Shown here: positions 55,101 through 64,000 of the stretch, one piece after another
Layout of the letters: every line of letters starts with the position of its first letter
Position numbering within the stretch: position 1 is the stretch's first letter
Source: Eledone cirrhosa
Taxonomy: Eukaryota
NCBI GenBank assembly: GCA_964016885.1
Contig: OZ024740.1
Span: 59,892,001 to 59,956,000, forward strand
Reading direction: 5' to 3'
Length of the DNA stretch: 64,000 bases
The notes under the pieces: model-generated
Told to the model about the DNA's origin: nothing
What the model saw: only the letters and a program-made list of their open reading frames with translations
Databases searched by the model: none
Translations under genes and position numbers: made by a program

Positions 55101-58100
55101 TCCTACAAGACCACTTTACAGTGTGGGTTTGGGTGCTTTAAGTTGTGACTCCTACAAGACCACTTTACAGTGTGGGCTGGGTGCTTTTAGTTGTGACTCC
55201 TACAAGACAACTTTAATGTGTGGGTTGGATGCTTTTAGTTGTGACTCCTACATGACCACTTTACAGTGTTGCCTGGATGCTTTTAGTTGTGACTCGTACA
55301 AGATCACTTTACAGTGTGGGTTGGGTGCTTTTAGTTGTGACACCTACAAGACCACTTTACAGTGTGGGCTGGATGCTTTTAGTTGTGACACCTACAAGAC
55401 CACTTTACAGTGTGGGCTGGGTGCTTTATTTGTGACATCTACATGACCACTTTACAGTGTGGGTTGGGTGCTTTTAGTTGTGACTCCTACATGACCACTT
55501 TACGATGTAGGCTGGTTGCTTTTAGTTGTGACTCCTACATGACCACTTTCCAGTGTGTGCTGGGTGCTTTTAGTTGTGACTCCTACAAGAAAACTTTACA
55601 GTGTGGGCTGGATTCTTTTAGTTGTGACATCTGCATCACCACTTTACAGTGTGTTCTGCGTGCTTTTAGTTGTGACTCCTACAAGATCACTTTCCAGTGT
55701 GGGTGCTTTTATTTGTGACTTTTACAAGACCACTTTACAGTGTGGGCTGGGTTCTTTTAGTTGTGACTCCTACAAGACCACTTTACAGTGTGGGCTGGGT
55801 GCTTTTAGTTGTGACTCCTACAAGACCACTTTACAGTGTGGGTTGGGTGCTTTTAGTTGTGACATCTGCATGACCACTCTACAGTGTGGGCTGGATGCTT
55901 TTAGTTGTGACATCTACATGACCACTTTACAGTGTGGGTTGGGTGCTTTTAGTTGTGACTCCTACATGACCACTTTACAATGTGGGCTGGGTGCTTTTAG
56001 TTGTGACTCCTACATGACCACTTTACAGTGTGTGCTGGGTGCTTTTAGTTGTGACTCCTACAAGACCACTTTACAGTGTGGGCTGGGTTCTTTTAGTTGT
56101 GACTCCTACATAACCACTTTACAGTGTGTGCTGAGTGCTTTTAGTTGTGACTCCTACAAGAACACTTTACAGGGTGGGCTGGGTTCTTTTAGTTTTGACA
56201 TCGGCATGACCACTTTACAGTGTGGGCTGCGTGCTTTTAGTTGTGACTCCTACAAGACCACTTTACAGTGTGGGTTGGGTGCTTTTATTTGTGACTCCTA
56301 CAAGACCACTTTACAGTGTGGGCTGGGTGCTTTTAGTTGTGACTCCTACAAGACCACTTTACAGTGTGTGCTGGGTGCTTTTAGTTGTGACTCCTACAAG
56401 ACCACTTTACAGTGTGGGTTGGGTGCTTTTATTTGTGACACTTACATGACCACTTTACAGTGTGGGCTGGATGCTTTTAGTTGTGACTCGTACAAGAACA
56501 CTTTACAGTGTGAACTGGATGCTTTTATTTGTGATACCTACAAGACCACTTGACAGTGGGCTGGGTGCTTTTAGTTGTGACTCCTACAAGACCACTTTAC
56601 AGTGTGGGCTGGATGCTTTTAGTTGTGAAACCTACAAGACCACTCAACAGTGGGCTGGGTGCTTTTAGTTGTGACTCCTACAAGACCATTTTACAGTGTG
56701 GGTTGGATGCTTTTATTTGTGACTCCTACAAGACCACTTTACAGTGTGGGCTGGATGCTTTTAGTTGTGACTCCTACAAGACCACTTTACAGTGTGGGTT
56801 GGATGCTTTTATTTGTGACTCCTACAAGACCACTTTAGAGTGTGGGCTGGATGCTTTTACTTGTGACTTCTACAAGACCACTCAACAGTGGGCTGGGTGC
56901 TTATAGTTGTGACTCCTACAAGACCACTTTACAGTGTGGGCTGGGTGCTTTTAGTTGTGACTCCTACAAGACCACTCGACAGTGGGCTGGGTGCTTTTAG
57001 TTGTGAATTCTACAAGACCACTTTACAGTGTGGTTTGGGTGCTTTTAGTTGTGACTCCTACAAGACCACTTTACAGTGTGGGGTGAATGCTTTTAGTTGT
57101 AACACCTACAAGACCAATTTACAGTGTGGGTTGGATGCTTTTAGTTGTGACTACTACAAGACCACTTTACAGTGTGGGCTGGATGCTTTTAGTTGTGACT
57201 CCTACATGAACACTTTACAGTGTGGGTTGTGTGCTTTTAGTTGTGACATCTGCATGACCACTTTACAGTGTGGGCTGGATGCTTTTAGTTGTGACTCCTA
57301 CAAGACCACTTTACAGTGTGGGTTGGGTGCTTTTATTTGTGACACTTACATGACCACTTTACAGCGTGTGCTGGATGCTTTTAGTTGTGACTCGTACAAG
57401 AACACTTTACAGTGTGAACTGGATGCTTTTATTTGTGATACCTACAAAACCACTTGACAGTGGGCTGGGTGCTTTTAGTTGTGACTCCTACAAGACCACT
57501 TTACAGTGTGCGTTGCATGCTTTTATTTGTGACTCCTACAAGACCACTTTAGAGTGTGGGCTGGATGCTTTTAATTGTGACTCCTACAAGACCACTCAAC
57601 AGTGGGCTGGGTGCTTTTAGTTGTGACTCCTACAAGACCACTTTACAGTGTGGGCTGGGTGCTTTTATTTGTGACTCCTACAAGACCACTCGACAGTGGG
57701 CTGGGTGCTTTTAGTTGTGACTTCTACAAGACCACTTTACAGTGTGGTTTGCGTGCTTTTAGTTGTGACTCCTACAAGACCACTTTACAGTGTGGGGTGG
57801 ATGCTTTTAGTTGTAACACCTACAAGACCACTTTACAGTGTGGGTTGGATGCTTTTAGTTGTGACTACTACAAGACCACTTTACAGTGTGGGCTGGATGC
57901 TTTTAGTTGTGACACCTATAAGACCACTTTACAGTGTGGGTTGGGTGCTTTTAGTTGTGACATCTGCATGACCACTTTACAGTGCGGGCTGGATGCTTTT
58001 AGTTGTGACATCTACATGACCACTTTACAGTGTGGGTTGGGTGCTTTTAGTTGTGACTCCTACATGACCACTTTACAATGTGGGCTGGGTGCTTTTAGTT

Positions 58101-58810
58101 GTGACTCCTACAAGACCACTTTACACTGTGGGCTGGGTTCTTTTAGTTGTGACTCCTACATGACCACTTTACAGTGTGTGCTGGGTGCTTTTAGTTGTGA
58201 CTCCTACAAGAACACTTTACAGGGTGGGCTGGGTTCTTTTAGTTGTGACATCTGCATGACCACTTTACAGTGTGGGCTGCGTGCTTTTAGTTGTGACTCC
58301 TACAAGACCACTTTACAGTGTGGGTTGGGTGCTTTTATTTGTGACTCCTACAAGACCACTTTACAGTGTGGGCTGGGTGCTTTTAGTTGTGACTCCTACA
58401 AGACCACTTTACAGTGTGTGCTGGGTGCTTTTAGTTGTGACTCCTACAAGACCACTTTACAGTGTGGGTTGGGTGCTTTTATTTGTGACACTTACATGAC
58501 CACTTTACAGTGTGGGCTGGATGCTTTTAGTTGTGACTCGTACAAGAACACTTTACAGTGTGAACTGGATGCTTTTATTTGTGATACCTACAAGACCACT
58601 TGACAGTGGGCTGGGTGCTTTTAGTTGTGACTCCTACAAGAACACTTTACAGTGTGGGCTGGATGCTTTTAGTTGTGAAACCTACAAGACCACTCAACAG
58701 TGGGCTGGGTGCTTTTAGTTGTGACTCCTACAAGACCATTTTACAGTGTGCGTTGGATGCTTTTATTTGTGACTCCTACAAGACCACTTTACAGTGTGGG
58801 CTGGATGCTT
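43170..58810. repeat. Near-identical tandem duplication of about 8 kb (offset 8026, then 7930 after a 96-bp indel)
   Basis: ORF pairs from 43316/51342 to 46602/54628 are offset by 8026. Pairs from 47480/55410 to 50582/58512 are offset by 7930. Translations are almost all identical. Confidence 0.93.
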
Positions 58811-61800
58811 TTAGTTGTGACTCCTACAAGACCACTTTACAGTGTGGGTTGGATGCTTTTATTTGTGACTCCTACAAGACCACTTTAGAGTGTGGGCTGG
58901 ATGCTTTTACTTGTGACTCCTACAAGACCACTCAACAGTGGGCTGGGTGCTTATAGTTGTGACTCCTACAAGACCACTTTACAGTGTGGGCTGGGTGCTT
59001 TAATTGTGACTCCTACAAGACCACTCGACAGTGGGCTGGGTGCTTTTAGTTGTGACTTCTACAAGACCACTTTACAGTGTGGTTTGGGTGCTTTTAGTTG
59101 TGACTCCTACAAGACCACTTTACAGTGTGGGGTGAATGCTTTTAGTTGTAACACCTACAAGACCACTTTACAGTGTGGGTTGGATGCTTTTAGTTGTGAC
59201 TACTACAAGACCACTTTACAGTGTGGGCTGGATGCTTTTAGTTGTGACACCTACAAGACCACTTTACAGTGTGGGCTGGATGCTTTTAGTTGTGACTCCT
59301 ACATGAACACTTTACAGTGTGGGTTGTGTGCTTTTAGTTGTGACATCTGCATGACCACTTTACAGTGTGGGCTGGATGCTTTTAGTTGTGACTCCTACAA
59401 GACCACTTTACAGTGTGGGTTGGGTGCTTTTATTTGTGACACTTACATGACCACTTTACAGCGTGTGCTGGATGCTTTTAGTTGTGACTCGTACAAGAAC
59501 ACTTTACAGTGTGAACTGGATGCTTTTATTTGTGATACCTACAAAACCACTTCACAGTGGGCTGGGTGCTTTTAGTTGTGACTCCTACAAGACCACTTTA
59601 CAGTGTGCGTTGGATGCTTTTATTTGTGACTCCTACAAGACCACTTTAGAGTGTGGGCTGGATGCTTTTACTTGTGACTCCTACAAGACCACTCAACAGT
59701 GGGCTGGGTGCTTTTAGTTGTGACTCCTACAAGACCACTTTACAGTGTGGGCTGGGTGCTTCTAGTTGTGACTCCTACAAGACCACTCGACAGTGGGCTG
59801 GGTGCTTTTAGTTGTGACTTCTACAAGACCACTTTACAGTGTGGTTTGCGTGCTTTTAGTTGTGACTCCTACAAGACCACTTTACAGTGTGGGGTGGATG
59901 CTTTTAGTTGTAACACCTACAAGACCACTTTACAGTGTGGGTTGGATGCTTTTAGTTGTGACTACTACAAGACCACTTTACAGTGTGGGCTGGATGCTTT
60001 TAGTTGTGACACCTATAATACCACTTTACAGTGTGGGTTGGGTGCTTTTAGTTGTGACATCTGCATGACCACTTTACAGTGTGGGCTGGATGCTTTTAGT
60101 TGTGACATCTACATGACCACTTTACAGTGTGGGTTGGGTGCTTTTAGTTGTGACTCCTACATGACCACTTTACAATGTGGGCTGGGTGCTTTTAGTTGTG
60201 ACTCCTACATGACCACTTTACAGTGTGTGCTGGGTGCTTTTAGTTGTGACTCCTACAAGACCACTTTACAGTGTGGGCTGGGTTCTTTTAGTTGTGACTC
60301 CTACATGACCACTTTACAGTGTGTGCTGGGTGCTTTTAGTTGTGACTCCTACAAGAACACTTTACTGGGTGGGCTGGGTTCTTTTAGTTGTGACATCTGC
60401 ATGACCACTTTACAGTGTGGGCTGCGTGCTTTTAGTTGTGACTCCTACAAGACCACTTTACAGTGTGGGTTGGGTGCTTTTATTTGTGACTCCTACAAGA
60501 CCACTTTACAGTGTGGGCTGGGTGCTTTTAGTTGTGACTCCTACAAGACCACTTTACAGTGTGTGCTGGGTGCTTTTAGTTGTGACTCCTACAAGACCAC
60601 TTTACAGTGTGGGCTGGGTGATTTTATTTGTGACACTTACATGACCACTTTACAGTGTGGGCTGGATGCTTTTAGTTGTGACTCGTACAAGAACACTTTA
60701 CAGTGTGAACTGGATGCTTTTATTTGTGATACCTACAAGACCACTTGACAGTGGGCTGGGTGCTTTTAGTTGTGACTCCTACAAGACCACTTTACAGTGT
60801 GGGCTGGATGCTTTTAGTTGTGAAACCTACAAGACCACTCAACAGTGGGCTGGGTGCTTTTAGTTGTGACTCCTACAAGACCATTTTACAGTGTGGGTTG
60901 GATGCTTTTATTTGTGACTCCTACAAGACCACTTTACAGTGTGGGCTGGATGCTTTTAGTTGTGACTCCTACAAGACCACTTTACAGTGTGGGTTGGATG
61001 CTTTTATTTGTGACTCCTACAAGACCACTTTAGAGTGTGGGCTGGATGCTTTTACTTGTGACTCCTACAAGACCACTCAACAGTGGGCTGGGTGCATATA
61101 GTTGTGACTCCTACAAGACCACTTTACAGTGTGGGCTGGGTGCTTTTAGTTGTGACTCCTACAAGACCACTCGACAGTGGTCTGGGTGCTTTTAGTTGTG
61201 ACTTCTACAAGACCACTTTACAGTGTGGTTTGGGTGCTTTTAGTTGTGACTCCTACAAGACCACTTTACAGTGTGGGGTGAATGCTTTTAGTTGTAACAC
61301 CTACAAGACCACTTTACAGTGTGGGTTGGATGCTTTTAGTTGTGACTACTACAAGACCACTTTACAGTGTGGGCTGGATGCTTTTAGTTGTGACACCTAC
61401 AAGACCACTTTACAGTGTGGGCTGGATGCTTTTAGTTGTGACACCTACAAGACCACTTTACAGTGTGGGCTGGATGCTTTTAGTTGTGACTCCTACATGA
61501 ACACTTTACAGTGTGGGTTGTGTGCTTTTAGTTGTGACATCTGCATGACCACTTTACAGTGTGGGCTGGATGCTTTTAGTTGTGACATCTACATGACCAC
61601 TTTACAGTGTGGGTTGGGTGCTTTTAGTTGTGACTCCTACATGACCACTTTACAATGTGGGCTGGGTGCTTTCAGTTGTAACTCGTACAAGACCACTTAA
61701 CAGTGTGTGTTGGGTGCTTTTAGTTGTGACTCCTACATGACCACTTTACAGTGTGAGTTGGGTGCTTTTAGTTGTGACACCTACAAGACCACTTTACAGT

Positions 61801-64000
61801 GTGGGCTGGATGCTTTTAGTTGTGACACCTACAAGACCACTTAACAGTGTGGGCTGGGTGCTTTTATTTGTGACACCTACAAGACCACTTTACAGTGTGG
61901 GTTGGGTGCTTTTATTTGTGACTCCTACAAGACCACTTTACAGTGTGGGTTGGGTGCTTTTAGTTGTGACTCCTACAAGACCACTTTACAGTGTGGGCTG
62001 GGTGCTTTTAGTTGTGACTCCTACAAGACCACTCGACAGTGGGCTGGGTGCTTTTAGTTGTGAATTCTACAAGACCACTTTACAGTGTGGTTTGGGTGCT
62101 TTTAGTTGTGACTCCTACAAGACCACTTTACAGTGTGGGGTGAATGCTTTTAGTTGTAACACCTACAAGACCAATTTACAGTGTGGGTTGGATGCTTTTA
62201 GTTGTGACTACTACAAGACCACTTTACAGTGTGGGCTGGATGCTTTTAGTTGTGACTCCTACATGAACACTTTACAGTGTGGGTTGTGTGCTTTTAGTTG
62301 TGACATCTGCATGACCACTTTACAGTGTGGGCTGGATGCTTTTAGTTGTGACTCCTACAAGACCACTTTACAGTGTGGGTTGGGTGCTTTTATTTGTGAC
62401 ACTTACATGACCACTTTACAGCGTGTGCTGGATGCTTTTAGTTGTGACTCGTACAAGAACACTTTACAGTGTGAACTGGATGCTTTTATTTGTGATACCT
62501 ACAAAACCACTTGACAGTGGGCTGGGTGCTTTTAGTTGTGACTCCTACAAGACCACTTTACAGTGTGCGTTGGATGCTTTTATTTGTGACTCCTACAAGA
62601 CCACTTTAGAGTGTGGGCTGGATGCTTTTAATTGTGACTCCTACAAGACCACTTTACAGTGGGCTGGGTGCTTTTAGTTGTGACTCCTACAAGACCACTT
62701 TACAGTGTGGGCTGGGTGCTTTTAGTTGTGACTCCTACAAGACCACTCGACAGTGGGCTGGGTGCTTTTAGTTGTGACTTCTACAAGACCACTTTACAGT
62801 GTGGTTTGCGTGCTTTTAGTTGTGACTCCTACAAGACCACTTTACAGTGTGGGGTGGATGCTTTTAGTTGTAACACCTACAAGACCACTTTACAGTGTGG
62901 GTTGGATGCTTTTAGTTGTGACTACTACAAGACCACTTTACAGTGTGGGCTGGATGCTTTTAGTTGTGACACCTATAAGACCACTTTACAGTGTGGGTTG
63001 GGTGCTTTTAGTTGTGACATCTGCATGACCACTTTACAGTGCGGGCTGGATGCTTTTAGTTGTGACATCTACATGACCACTTTACAGTGTGGGTTGGGTG
63101 CTTTTAGTTGTGACTCCTACATGACCACTTTACAATGTGGGCTGGGTGCTTTTAGTTGTGACTCCTACAAGACCACTTTACACTGTGGGCTGGGTTCTTT
63201 TAGTTGTGACTCCTACATGACCACTTTACAGTGTGTGCTGGGTGCTTTTAGTTGTGACTCCTACAAGAACACTTTACAGGGTGGGCTGGGTTCTTTTAGT
63301 TGTGACATCTGCATGACCACTTTACAGTGTGGGCTGCGTGCTTTTAGTTGTGACTCCTACAAGACCACTTTACAGTGTGGGTTGGGTGCTTTTATTTGTG
63401 ACTCCTACAAGACCACTTTACAGTGTGGGCTGGGTGCTTTTAGTTGTGACTCCTACAAGACCACTTTACAGTGTGGGTTGGGTGCTTTTATTTGTGACAC
63501 TTACATGACCACTTTACAGTGTGGGTTGGGTGCTTTTATTTGTGACACTTACATGACCACTTTACAGTGTGGGCTGGATGCTTTTAGTTGTGACTCGTAC
63601 AAGAACACTTTACAGTGTGAACTGGATGCTTTTATTTGTGATACCTACAAGACCACTTGACAGTGGGCTGGGTGCTTTTAGTTGTGACTCCTACAAGACC
63701 ACTTTACAGTGTGGGCTGGATGCTTTTAGTTGTGAAACCTACAAGACCACTCAACAGTGGGCTGGGTGCTTTTAGCTGTGACTCCTACAAGACCATTTTA
63801 CAGTGTGCGTTGGATGCTTTTATTTGTGACTCCTACAAGACCACTTTACAGTGTGGGCTGGATGCTTTTAGTTGTGACTCCTACAAGACCACTTTACAGT
63901 GTGGGTTGGATGCTTTTATTTGTGACTCCTACAAGACCACTTTAGAGTGTGGGCTGGATGCTTTTACTTGTGACTCCTACAAGACCACTCAACAGTGGGC
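47900..64000. repeat. Nested higher-order unit of about 2.05-2.15 kb, up to six full or partial copies
   Basis: The 68-aa ORF marker recurs at 48532, 50582, 56462, 58512, 60657 and 63569 (spacings 2050, 5880, 2050, 2145, 2912). Confidence 0.88.

Larger units (their letters stand above)
1..64000. repeat. Tandem satellite array, 48-bp monomer, about 1,330-1,340 head-to-tail copies, running off both window ends
   Basis: The motif ACCACTTTACAGTGTGGG...TGCTTTTA.TTGTGAC.CCTACA.G recurs every 48 bp (monomers 1-48, 49-96, 97-144, ...) to the last base. The ORF track shows a 16-aa period throughout. No inversion or foreign insert was seen. Confidence 0.99.

Noticed and set aside
1-64000. All ORFs lie on the plus strand, suggesting coding polarity
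   Set aside because: The reverse-complement consensus has TAG, TAA and TAA in three different frames, so minus-strand ORFs are excluded by the monomer sequence alone.
1-64000. CRISPR array, or diversity-generating or antigenic-variation cassette array
   Set aside because: Monomers abut directly with no unique spacers. There are no cas, reverse transcriptase or recombinase genes. Variation is shared by descent among duplicated blocks.
1-64000. Immunoglobulin switch-region similarity (GGGCT, GAGCT and GGGGT pentamers, unit close to the 49-bp S-gamma repeat)
   Set aside because: AGCT is absent from the consensus and only sporadic. G-richness is modest. The array is far longer than known switch regions, and no constant-region exons are seen.
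1-64000. Satellite-encoded hammerhead ribozyme
   Set aside because: The consensus has no CUGANGA plus GAAA core on either strand. GAAA occurs only in a rare variant.

Overview
The whole 64 kb window is one uninterrupted, head-to-tail tandem array (satellite or very long minisatellite) of a 48-bp monomer, about 1,330-1,340 copies, all in the same orientation. Consensus read by eye: ACCACTTTACAGTGTGGG(C/T)TGG(G/A)TGCTTTTA(G/T)TTGTGAC(T/A)CCTACA(A/T)G, about 48% GC with no CpG. I see no unique sequence, gene, RNA gene, transposon or CRISPR spacer. All listed ORFs are by-products of a 48-bp (16-codon) unit that lacks stops in one or two plus-strand frames. The interest is inside the array. It has nested, irregular higher-order duplications of about 1.9-8 kb and diagnostic variants layered along its length. 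The monomer is a degenerate fold-back in which several of the most variable positions are unpaired, some variants perfect local palindromes, and there are CpG-decay series. A eukaryotic origin is an inference. I cannot name the organism or satellite family, and I found no support for a new protein-coding system.
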